Origin: a virus
Length of the DNA: 36,443 nt
Strand: one strand, 5' to 3'
Virus record (IMG/VR): IMGVR_UViG_3300045988_129709
Part shown: piece after piece, positions 15,946 through 24,103 of the stretch
How the letters are laid out: each line of letters opens with the position of its first letter
Numbering within the stretch: position 1 is the stretch's first letter
The notes under the pieces: model-generated
The model's database searches: none
Told to the model about the DNA's origin: nothing
The model's input: the letters and a program-made list of their open reading frames with translations, nothing else
Made by a program: the position numbers and the translations under genes

Positions 15946-16536
15946 ATGAAATATAACTACAGTGAAGAAAATGTAAAGTTTCTTATAGAGAATGTGAAAG
16001 GAATATCACATAAAGAACTTACAAAAAGGTTTAATAAAAGATTTAATACTAATTTAAGTGAGAGTGCTTTAGCAAATATGAAAAGAAAATTAAATCTAAC
16101 CAATGGAATTAATACTAGGTTTCAGAAAGGACAAGTTTCTTGGAATAAAGGAAAGAAGATGAGCCCAGAACAATATGAAAAATGTAAAAAAACAATGTTT
16201 CAAAATGGAAATTTGTCAAATGCAAGACCAATAGGAGATGAACGAATAGATATTGATGGGTATACGTACATAAAGGTCAAACAACCAAATAAATGGGTAT
16301 TAAAACATAGATGGTTATATGAAAAAGAAAAAGGAAAAATTCCCAAAGGATATAATCTAATATTTGCAGATGGAAACAGACAAAATTTTGACTTAGATAA
16401 TTTAATATTAATATCAAATTCAGAATTGTTTATTATGAATCAAAAAGGATTGTATAAGCAAGATAAAAAATTAACAAAAGCGGGAGCTACGATAGCTAAA
16501 ATACTAGACAAAGTAAATAAAAGAAAAAAAGGATAG
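15946..16536 (+). CDS. HNH_3-type homing-like endonuclease
   Basis: HRWLYEKEKGKIPKGYNLIFADGNRQNFDLDNLILISNSEL is an HNH_3 signature. Confidence 0.7.
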   Translation: MKYNYSEENVKFLIENVKGISHKELTKRFNKRFNTNLSESALANMKRKLNLTNGINTRFQKGQVSWNKGKKMSPEQYEKCKKTMFQNGNLSNARPIGDERIDIDGYTYIKVKQPNKWVLKHRWLYEKEKGKIPKGYNLIFADGNRQNFDLDNLILISNSELFIMNQKGLYKQDKKLTKAGATIAKILDKVNKRKKG

Positions 16537-16539
16537 AAA

Positions 16540-16722
16540 ATGGAAAATATAGATTATGAACAATTATACTATGACAGTTTATATGAAATAAGAAAAAGGA
16601 ATGAAGAAATTAAATATTTAAAAGATGAAATAATGCAGTTAAAAAACAAGAAAACAATAGACTTACAAAAATATATAGATCATGAATTTAAAAAGTATAG
16701 AAAGGAACATAAGAGATGTTAG
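16540..16722 (+). CDS. Hypothetical protein
   Basis: ORF. Confidence 0.35.
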   Translation: MENIDYEQLYYDSLYEIRKRNEEIKYLKDEIMQLKNKKTIDLQKYIDHEFKKYRKEHKRC

Positions 16723-16973
16723 AAGTAAATGATTATGTGAGAATTAATATGGATAACAGAAATTGCATTGGAATAGGAAGAGTATCAAGAATAGTAAATG
16801 AAACAATATATGTAAATATGAATAATAAATATAATCTTCCAGTACCATTTCAAATAGATAAAGTAGTAAAGCACAGCAAACAACTAATAGACTTAATAGA
16901 AGTTCGGAGATTTTGTAAATGGATTTCCTATATTAGAACCAATATACAACGGAAACACTATGTACGGAATTGA
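16716..16973 (+). CDS. Hypothetical protein (possible frameshift or overlap with downstream 41-aa ORF at approx 16959-17084)
   Basis: ORF. An alternative frame continues ...FGDFVNGFPILEPIYNGNTMYGIDEGYENFKRSFGEIK... Confidence 0.35.
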   Translation: MLEVNDYVRINMDNRNCIGIGRVSRIVNETIYVNMNNKYNLPVPFQIDKVVKHSKQLIDLIEVRRFCKWISYIRTNIQRKHYVRN

Positions 16974-16983
16974 TGAGGGATAC

Positions 16984-17009
16984 GAAAACTTCAAAAGAAG
17001 TTTTGGAGA
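16984..17009 (+). promoter_or_regulatory. Hairpin motif GAAAACTTCAAAAGAAGTTTTGGAGA (copy 2) upstream of methyltransferase gene; perfect 8-bp stem AAAACTTC/GAAGTTTT
   Basis: Read directly. Confidence 0.4.
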
Positions 17010-17075
17010 AATAAAAACAATACTAACAAAAGAGCAGTTTGGGGCTAATTGCTATAAAGTAGGAGGAGAAAATGA

Positions 17076-17651
17076 ATGTATGTAGATATATATAACACAA
17101 ATAAAAAATATAACATAATTTATGCAGACCCACCGTGGTCATACAAGCAAAAACAAATAAACTTTCAACATTACGACAGGGGTAAGAAATATATTAATAG
17201 CGTTAATGAACATTATAATACAATGTCTAATAACGAACTAATTGAAATGAAAGAAGTAATAAACAATATATCAGAAAAAGACTGTTTATTGTTTATGTGG
17301 GCAACATCTCCAAATTTAGATGTAGCACTTGATTTGGGCAAAGAATGGGGATTTGAGTTCAAGACAGTGGCATTTGTGTGGGATAAACAAAGAACAAATT
17401 ATGGATTTTATACATTAAGTCAATGTGAATTGTGCTTAGTATTCAAGAAAGGTAAAATACCGAAAAAACAGGCTAATAATATTAAACAATTCTTAAGTAA
17501 AAAAGTAGAAAAACACAGCAAAAAACCAGATGAGATTCGAGAAAGAATAGATGCAATGTTTAATAAGTGTTCTCGAATAGAATTATTTGCAAGACAAACA
17601 GTAGATGGGTGGGATTGTTGGGGAAATGAAGTAGGAGGAGAAGATGAATAG
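17076..17651 (+). CDS. MT-A70-family N6-adenine DNA methyltransferase
   Basis: IIYADPPWSY is the DPPW catalytic motif. WGFEF...FVWDK is the conserved downstream block. Confidence 0.85.
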   Translation: MYVDIYNTNKKYNIIYADPPWSYKQKQINFQHYDRGKKYINSVNEHYNTMSNNELIEMKEVINNISEKDCLLFMWATSPNLDVALDLGKEWGFEFKTVAFVWDKQRTNYGFYTLSQCELCLVFKKGKIPKKQANNIKQFLSKKVEKHSKKPDEIRERIDAMFNKCSRIELFARQTVDGWDCWGNEVGGEDE

Positions 17652-18028
17652 AGAAATAAAGTTTAGAGGAAAATCAAAACGGAGGATGGCATTATGGGGA
17701 TTTAATGACAATGGAACATTTTACAAACGAAGATATATATCAAATAGGAGATTTTGAAAAATCATTTTGCTATAAAGTTAATACAGAAACAATAGGACAA
17801 TACACTGGACTACACGATAAAAACGGAAAAGAAATATATGAAGGAGATATAGTTGAAATAATAAGACCTTGCATACTAGAAAGAGGAGAAGTCAAATTTA
17901 TAAATGGTTGCTTTGCTATTAAATCTAAAGATACATTATTAATGCTATATCAATGTGAAATAAATAACTTTAAGTTAAAAGCAATAGGCAACATATACGA
18001 TAATCCAGAGTTATTAGGAGGAGAATAG
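17643..18028 (+). CDS. YopX-family protein, interrupted by a frameshift at a T4 run (approx 17716-17719): N-part MNREIKFRGKSKRRMALWGFNDNGTF (from 17643) + C-part ...TNEDIYQIGDFE...GLHDKNGKEIYEGDIVEI...
   Basis: IKFR at the N-terminus and GLHDKNGKEIYEGDIV are both YopX hallmarks, but they lie in different frames. The ATG overlaps the methyltransferase stop (ATGAATAG). Confidence 0.55.
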
Positions 18029-18030
18029 AT

Positions 18031-18291
18031 ATGTTAAAAATAAGAGATGATGTAGATTTAAAAGAGCTTGAAAAGTTTCATTTTACACAGCATGATAAAG
18101 AAAATGCAAAAATTTGTTATTATAGACTAATGCCGTTAATTAAAAGAACAACAATGATTTTAGTAGAAATATCTAAAGATAGAACAATTGATTTTCAATT
18201 GCCTCTAGGATGTACAATAAAAAAGCAAGAAATAAATTTAGAAGAATATATACAAGATTTAATTAAAGCAGATTTAATAGTAAAGGAGTAA
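18031..18291 (+). CDS. Hypothetical protein
   Basis: ORF. Confidence 0.4.
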   Translation: MLKIRDDVDLKELEKFHFTQHDKENAKICYYRLMPLIKRTTMILVEISKDRTIDFQLPLGCTIKKQEINLEEYIQDLIKADLIVKE

Positions 18292-18295
18292 TATT

Positions 18296-18511
18296 ATGTG
18301 TGAATACTGTGGAAAAATAATAAATAATAAAAAAATATTAGATATAGACAATGAAGAAGAAACACATATGGAAATTATTAATCAAAAAAAGTCTTGGGGA
18401 TATATGTTATATGTTGAAATAGAAGGACAAGACAATGATGGATATAAACCAAGTCAGTTCTTTCAAATAAATTATTGCCCAATGTGTGGAAGAGAATTAA
18501 AGGAGGACTAA
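18296..18511 (+). CDS. Zinc-ribbon protein (CxxC...CxxC)
   Basis: CEYCGK ... CPMCGR. Confidence 0.5.
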   Translation: MCEYCGKIINNKKILDIDNEEETHMEIINQKKSWGYMLYVEIEGQDNDGYKPSQFFQINYCPMCGRELKED

Positions 18512-18514
18512 CAT

Positions 18515-18681
18515 ATGACAAAAGAACAAGAAGTATTAAAAGATTTAAAAAAGTCACATTAGAAGAATTAGATGAAGCAATAAAAGCTGTTGATAAGCAA
18601 GAACAAGAAGAAGCAATAGAATATTTTAAGAAACATATAAAATATTTTGAAAATAAAGCAAAAGAATTATTAAATAAATAA
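18515..18681 (+). CDS. Hypothetical protein requiring a -1/+1 correction at an A6 run (approx 18547-18552): strong RBS AAGGAGG + ATG 18515 gives only 15 codons, downstream frame continues ...TLEELDEAIKAVDKQEQEEAIEYFKKHIKYFENKAKELLNK
   Basis: The track ORF 18475..18681 lacks an RBS and overlaps the upstream gene. The RBS-bearing ATG is in the other frame. Confidence 0.4.
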
Positions 18682-18708
18682 AAGAGCATACTACAATAAG
18701 GTGGTAGT

Positions 18709-18921
18709 ATGAAAGAAAATGAGATAATAACAAAATGGAAACGAGGTTTAAGTAAAAATCAATTAGCAACAATGTATAGAAGACAATACAATCAAGAAAT
18801 AAAAATAATAAGATCAAGCGTAAGACACAGACATGATGGAAGATACATAAGCAATTATGAAGCATTAGCTTATGTAGAAAGAGTAATATATAGATATTTG
18901 AAAGAAAGGAAAAACAAATGA
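18709..18921 (+). CDS. Small putative regulatory protein
   Basis: ORF. GLSKNQLATMY is weakly HTH-like. Confidence 0.35.
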   Translation: MKENEIITKWKRGLSKNQLATMYRRQYNQEIKIIRSSVRHRHDGRYISNYEALAYVERVIYRYLKERKNK

Positions 18922-19109
18922 CAATAAACCATGTATACAACAAAGTAATAGACACAATGAAAGAATTAGAAAACATAAACTTATTAGACATATCGAAAAG
19001 AAAAGAAAGTCAAGCACAAATAAATAAAGCATATAAAATCTTAGACAATTTTAAAGATGAACTTATAAGAGAAGATATAAAAAGAAAACAAGGAGGCACA
19101 AATGAGTAA
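18918..19109 (+). CDS. Hypothetical protein
   Basis: ORF. Confidence 0.35.
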   Translation: MTINHVYNKVIDTMKELENINLLDISKRKESQAQINKAYKILDNFKDELIREDIKRKQGGTNE

Positions 19110-19656
19110 ATATATAAAAGAAGACGTTGAAACAATGTTGATACATCATAAAGAGAACGAATCAAAATTAACAGAAATTGAAATAAAAGAAGAAGAATAC
19201 AAAGAAAGGTTAGAATATTCAGGAACTGTTTATGAAGACGATGAAAGAGAAGTAATAGAGAATATGCAAATAGCGGGGCAAGTATTTGATAGCATACATA
19301 GCAATACAAATAAAATATCAGACAAGGTGTCAAGTACAGTTCTAAATTATGAAAAAGAATTAAATCATATAAACAAAGAAGATAGAGAGTATCTAAAAAG
19401 ACAAATTGCAAAATTAAATATAGACAAAGGAAAATTAAATAAAATAGTTGTTAGAGTTAAAAATATGATTGAACCATTAACACAAGAAGAAAAATTTGTA
19501 ATAGAAACGTATTATATGAGAAAATCAAAATGGGATTATGTAGAAAAAGCATATTTTAAGGAATTTGAAAAATATAAATGTGTAAAACAATTACAGACAT
19601 ATAGAGACAATGCTATGGAAAAGATGTTAAATATAATAAATGCGGGTTTGGACTAA
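19102..19656 (+). CDS. Putative late-gene transcriptional activator (ArpU / sigma-70 region-4-like C-terminus)
   Basis: LTQEEKFVIETYYMRKSKWDYVEKAYFKEF...VKQLQTYRDNAMEKM matches the ArpU-family layout. Its position before the packaging module supports this. Confidence 0.45.
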   Translation: MSKYIKEDVETMLIHHKENESKLTEIEIKEEEYKERLEYSGTVYEDDEREVIENMQIAGQVFDSIHSNTNKISDKVSSTVLNYEKELNHINKEDREYLKRQIAKLNIDKGKLNKIVVRVKNMIEPLTQEEKFVIETYYMRKSKWDYVEKAYFKEFEKYKCVKQLQTYRDNAMEKMLNIINAGLD

Positions 19657-19740
19657 AACTTCGCAAAAATTACGCAAAAACTTCCTTTTAATTTCTTTTT
19701 GAAAGTACTATAATTATAATAGAAAAAATGTAAGTAGAGT

Positions 19741-19780
19741 AAAGAGTAAATGCAAGCCCTTAGTATTTACTCTTTTTATT
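19741..19780 (+). terminator. Rho-independent terminator (AAAGAGTAAAT...ATTTACTCTTT + T-run)
   Basis: Read directly. Confidence 0.6.
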
Positions 19781-19806
19781 ATGTTATGAAAGGAAGAATA
19801 AAAATT

Positions 19807-20100
19807 ATGAAATTAATGATAAGCCAACCTATGAAAGGTAAAACAAATGAACAAATAAGAGAAGAAAGAGCAGAATTAGTAAGTAGATTACAAGAAGAAG
19901 GAAACGAAGTTATAGATACAGTATTTGAAAATGCACCAGAAGATGAAGATATTGCAATTTACATGTTATCTCAATCAATTAGATACATAGGAAAAGTTGA
20001 TGGAATTGTATTTATGAAAGGTTGGGAAAAAGCAAGAGGATGTAAGATAGAACATGAAGTAGCAGTAGAATACGGAAAGCAAGTATTTTATGAAAATTAA
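19807..20100 (+). CDS. Nucleoside 2-deoxyribosyltransferase-like / DUF4406-like protein (97 aa; start ATG 19807)
   Basis: MKLMISQPMKGKTNEQIREE...IAIYMLSQSIRYIGKVDGIVFMKGWEKARGCKIEHEVAVEYGKQVF. Family assignment tentative. Confidence 0.4.
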   Translation: MKLMISQPMKGKTNEQIREERAELVSRLQEEGNEVIDTVFENAPEDEDIAIYMLSQSIRYIGKVDGIVFMKGWEKARGCKIEHEVAVEYGKQVFYEN

Positions 20101-20327
20101 TTAGTTATTACCAGTATGCTAGGTAACTGATAATATAAAAAAGGTAGTTGTATTTAGTTGAGTATAATTGACCTCCTTTCAGTATTAAATTTGCCAAAGA
20201 ACTTTCCTAGCGAGTTCTAATATCTAGGTAAAGTCTTGATAGTAAGATGCGGGTCTTGGACACCTGAGAGTGTAGGTGTAACTCCTACTACCTAGACCAA
20301 AATGTTTATAAGAAAAGAGGTAATAAT

Positions 20328-20444
20328 ATGACTCTAGAACAAATAAAACAATTCAAAGAAGAAAACTGCAGTAAATGTAATAAAGATATTGACTGTAAAA
20401 TAACACAAGACATAAATGGAAAACTAAAGTGTACAGAGGATTAA
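20328..20444 (+). CDS. 38-aa Cys-rich peptide (CSKCNKDIDCK...KLKC)
   Basis: RBS AAAGAGG followed by ATG. Four Cys residues. Confidence 0.35.
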   Translation: MTLEQIKQFKEENCSKCNKDIDCKITQDINGKLKCTED

Positions 20445-20448
20445 AGAT

Positions 20449-20619
20449 ATGGAACAATGTTTGATAGATAATAAAGTATGTCCAATACAAGGGAAAAAAT
20501 GTAAAGAATGTAAATTGGATGATTGTAAAAGGACAATAGAGATGATAGAAACACAAGAAGAAAGAGAAGAAAAATGGAAAAGAAAATTAATAAATGTACA
20601 ATTACCAGAACGGTTGTAA
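20449..20619 (+). CDS. 56-aa Cys-rich protein (CLIDNKVCPIQGKKCKECKLDDC)
   Basis: ATG. Five Cys residues spaced like a zinc ribbon. A terminator follows. Confidence 0.35.
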   Translation: MEQCLIDNKVCPIQGKKCKECKLDDCKRTIEMIETQEEREEKWKRKLINVQLPERL

Positions 20620-20635
20620 AGACTGTTCTTTTTTA
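20607..20635 (+). terminator. Terminator-like hairpin (GAACGGT...ACTGTTC) + T6
   Basis: Read directly. One mismatch in the stem. Confidence 0.4.
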
Positions 20636-20717
20636 GAAGTTATAGACTTAGATGGGCAGATAGTCAGATGTCCTTATCTAGTTAAAAATAAATGTTTAAT
20701 AAAATAGGAGGAATGAA

Positions 20718-20882
20718 ATGTTAGAAGGAAAAGTCATAAAAGATTTTAACGATAAGCAAAATAACTTAAAGAAGTATACAGTAGGAAAAAAATTCAAAGC
20801 AGAAGATAAAAGATATAAAGAATTAGAAGCAAAAGGATTCGTAGGAGAAGGTAAAGAGGTAACAGTTAAAAGTAACAAGTAG
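20718..20882 (+). CDS. 54-aa basic protein upstream of terS
   Basis: RBS AGGAGG followed by ATG. Confidence 0.4.
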   Translation: MLEGKVIKDFNDKQNNLKKYTVGKKFKAEDKRYKELEAKGFVGEGKEVTVKSNK

Positions 20883-20890
20883 GTGGGGAG

Positions 20891-21358
20891 ATGGCAAAAT
20901 ATGATTGGAAGCAATTAGAAAAAGAATATATATTAAGTGATTGCAAATCGGTAAGTAGTTTCTTGAAATATAAAGGAATAAATAACAATTCATATGCTAG
21001 AAACAACACAAAAGGCTGGAAAGAAAAAAAGAGACAAAATACTGACAAAAAAGTGACAAAAACAATACAAAAAATAACCGAAAAAGAAATTGAGAAAGAA
21101 GTTGATATAAATACAAGGCATTTAAGATTATATGACAATTTTCTTGATGTGCTGGAAGGTAGTTTTAAAAATCCGAGTGAATACATGTATTTAGGAATGC
21201 CAGATTATGATAAACTCAAAAAAATGATAGATGTATTAGAAAAGTCACAAAAAGGCCAAAGATTAGCTAAGGGATTGGACAAAGAAAATGAAAATAACGA
21301 AAATCTAAATAAAGTTGAACAATTATTAACTAAAATAAAAGAAGAGGCAAATAAATGA
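20891..21358 (+). CDS. terS: Terminase small subunit
   Basis: The N-terminus MAKYDWKQLEKEYILSDCKSVSSFLKYKGINNNSYARNNTKGWKEKKRQ resembles a terS DNA-binding domain. It is immediately upstream of terL with overlap. Confidence 0.6.
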   Translation: MAKYDWKQLEKEYILSDCKSVSSFLKYKGINNNSYARNNTKGWKEKKRQNTDKKVTKTIQKITEKEIEKEVDINTRHLRLYDNFLDVLEGSFKNPSEYMYLGMPDYDKLKKMIDVLEKSQKGQRLAKGLDKENENNENLNKVEQLLTKIKEEANK

Positions 21359-22611
21359 TAATAACAGAAAAACAAAAAGAGTTTATCAGGAATGCAACTC
21401 ATAGATATAACTTAAAAATAGGTGCTAGAAGATGTGGTAAAACATATCTAGATATATTATTTACTATTCCTGATAGATTATTAGAAAGAAAAGATTTAGA
21501 TGGACTAAATGTTATTTTTGGAGTATCAAAAGGTACAATTGAAAGAAATGTATTACAACCATTAAGAGAAATATATGGAAAAGATTTAGTAGGATTTATT
21601 AATTCTCAAAATATAGCTAATTTATTTGGACAAGAAGTGTATTGCTTAGGAACTGAAAAAATAAGCCAAGTAAGTAAAATACAAGGTACATCTATCAAAT
21701 ATGCTTATGGAGATGAAATGGCAAAATGGAACAAAGAAGTATTTATAATGATACAAGGTTCTTTAGATAAGCCATATTCGTGCCTAGATGGAGCATTGAA
21801 TCCGGAAAATAAAAATCACTGGTTAAAGAAAGACTTTTTAGATGTGATAAAAGAAAAAGGATTAGATGTATATACACAATATTATACAATATTTGATAAT
21901 CCATTTTTGCCAAAGGATTTCGTTGAAAATCTTTGTAAGGAATACAAGGGAACAGTTTATTATAATAGATTAATATTAGGGCAATGGTGCGATGCTGAAG
22001 GATTAATATTCCAACAAATTGCAAATGATGATAAAAGATTTATTACCACTACAATTCAATATAATTCTATAATAAGCATAGGAATTGACTGGGGTGGAAA
22101 TAAATCAAAACATAGTATAACAGCAACAAAGATAAGCAGAGACTTTAAAAGTGTACAAGTATTAAAATCTAGTACAATGAAAGCGACAGGAACAAATACA
22201 AGGCAAGTATTTAGATGGATAATAAACTTTATAAAAGAGATACAGGATAAATATGGAACTGTGTCTTTTATTTTTGCTGATAGTGCAGAACAGGTATTAA
22301 ATAATTCTTTAAATGGAGAATTAAGAATAAATGAAATTAATTTAGTAGTTCAAGATAGCTTAAAGATTGAAATCAAGAACAGAATTGAACTTTGGAATAG
22401 ATTATTAAACTTAGATAAAATAAGTTTCATTGAAAATCAATGTCAAACATTGATAGAAGCATTGCAAACAGCTTTATATGATGAAAAAGCGAAAGACGAC
22501 AGGTGGATAGATGATGGGGAAACATCGGACATAGATAGTTTAGATAGTTTCAATTACTCATTTGAATATTGGTTTGAAGAAATATCTTATTACATAGGAA
22601 AGGTAGCATAA
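21355..22611 (+). CDS. terL: Terminase large subunit (PBSX/XtmB-like)
   Basis: Walker A GARRCGKT. The size and context fit. Confidence 0.85.
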   Translation: MIITEKQKEFIRNATHRYNLKIGARRCGKTYLDILFTIPDRLLERKDLDGLNVIFGVSKGTIERNVLQPLREIYGKDLVGFINSQNIANLFGQEVYCLGTEKISQVSKIQGTSIKYAYGDEMAKWNKEVFIMIQGSLDKPYSCLDGALNPENKNHWLKKDFLDVIKEKGLDVYTQYYTIFDNPFLPKDFVENLCKEYKGTVYYNRLILGQWCDAEGLIFQQIANDDKRFITTTIQYNSIISIGIDWGGNKSKHSITATKISRDFKSVQVLKSSTMKATGTNTRQVFRWIINFIKEIQDKYGTVSFIFADSAEQVLNNSLNGELRINEINLVVQDSLKIEIKNRIELWNRLLNLDKISFIENQCQTLIEALQTALYDEKAKDDRWIDDGETSDIDSLDSFNYSFEYWFEEISYYIGKVA

Positions 22612-22612
22612 A

Positions 22613-24091
22613 ATGAATAATGTAGTATTAAAATATTTAAAAAGCAAAGGATATAATACAGTATCGACAGATTATTATAATTTTGTGGAAACATGGGAGT
22701 CTTGGTGGAAAAATCAAGTAGACTTTCATAAATATCATGACCAAACAGGAAAAGAAAGAAAAATGTTTAGTCTAGGCATGGCAAAAAGACTAGCAGAGGA
22801 TTGGTCAAGTATATTATTTACAGAAAGAGACGAAATAACAACAAAAGCGAACACGAACGAACAAACTGAGGTAAATAATGAATATTTAAATAATCAGTTA
22901 AAGATATTAAAAGTATATAAAGACTTACCAATAGCGATAGAAAAGGCAATGGCAATGGGAACAGCTGGGGCAACAATGAGAGTTAAACATGCAAAGGTAG
23001 ATAAACAAGGAAGGTTATCTGCGGATAAAAGAACAAAGCTAGATATTATTTATTTAGACGCAAACCAAATTGTGCCTTTAAAAGTTGAACATGGAGTAAT
23101 AATTGATGTTGCTTTTGTAAGTGAAAATACTATAGACAGTAAAAAGGAATATTATATTGAGTTACATCAATTAAAATATAATGAAGAATTAAATCAAGAA
23201 ATATACGAAATATCTAATAATTATTTAGATGAAAGCGGAAATGAAATAAAAAAAGAGGGCATAGCTAAGAGTTATACAGTTAATTCTAGTGTGCCTTTAT
23301 TTAGTATCTTAAAGCCAGCAATAGCAAACCCAATTGATACAGAATACAACAATGTAAACGGGATGGGATTTAGTGTATATGGAACTGCAATTGATCAACT
23401 TATGGCCTGTGATATTACATATAATAATTTTGTTATGGACTTTTACCTTGGAGGGAAAAAAGTATTTTACAATAAAAAAATAACAAGAACTAAGACGAGG
23501 CAAATAAAAGATACAGAAGGAAATATAAGAGAAGAAGAATATGAAGTATATCCTGATGATGTAATGAAACAGCAATGGACAACATACGGAGACGATGAAA
23601 TAAAAAATATAAAAGAAAATCCAGTTGTGATAGAGTATAATCCTGAACTAAGAGTAGAAGAAGACAAAGAAGGAATACAATTTGCATTAAATATGCTAAG
23701 TTTTAAGGCAGGATTAGGAACAAAATATTATGAATTTAATGGAAATTCTGTAGTAACAGCTACACAATATGTTGGAGATAGACAGGACTTAATCGAAAAC
23801 GCTAACAAACACCGCAAGAGTGTTGATGAATTTGTAAGTGGAATATGCAAAGCTATTCTTTTACTAGGAAGAGTATTATTCAAAGAAAAAGTAACAGAAG
23901 ATTGTATTGCAACAATAACAGACAAAGATGGTTTTATGGTTGATACAGAAACGGCAAAACAGGAATTTAGGCAAGATATAGCACAAGGAATAAGACAAGC
24001 TTGGGAATATAGAGTTAAATTCTTAGGGGAGACAGAAGAAAAAGCCAAGGCAATGATAAAAGATGAAGAAATAGAAGATATTGAAGAATAA
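22613..24091 (+). CDS. Portal protein (SPP1 gp6-like)
   Basis: The N-terminus KYLKSKGYNTVSTDYYNFVETWESWWKNQVDFHKYH is typical of SPP1-type portals. It follows terL. Confidence 0.85.
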   Translation: MNNVVLKYLKSKGYNTVSTDYYNFVETWESWWKNQVDFHKYHDQTGKERKMFSLGMAKRLAEDWSSILFTERDEITTKANTNEQTEVNNEYLNNQLKILKVYKDLPIAIEKAMAMGTAGATMRVKHAKVDKQGRLSADKRTKLDIIYLDANQIVPLKVEHGVIIDVAFVSENTIDSKKEYYIELHQLKYNEELNQEIYEISNNYLDESGNEIKKEGIAKSYTVNSSVPLFSILKPAIANPIDTEYNNVNGMGFSVYGTAIDQLMACDITYNNFVMDFYLGGKKVFYNKKITRTKTRQIKDTEGNIREEEYEVYPDDVMKQQWTTYGDDEIKNIKENPVVIEYNPELRVEEDKEGIQFALNMLSFKAGLGTKYYEFNGNSVVTATQYVGDRQDLIENANKHRKSVDEFVSGICKAILLLGRVLFKEKVTEDCIATITDKDGFMVDTETAKQEFRQDIAQGIRQAWEYRVKFLGETEEKAKAMIKDEEIEDIEE

Positions 24092-24103
24092 GAGGTGTTT
24101 TAA

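Noticed and set aside
19750-19806. Track start of ORF 19750 (MQALSIYSFYYVMKGRIK...)
   Set aside because: The N-terminal 19 codons overlap a rho-independent terminator and lack an RBS. The in-frame ATG at 19807 has the RBS AAAGGAAG.
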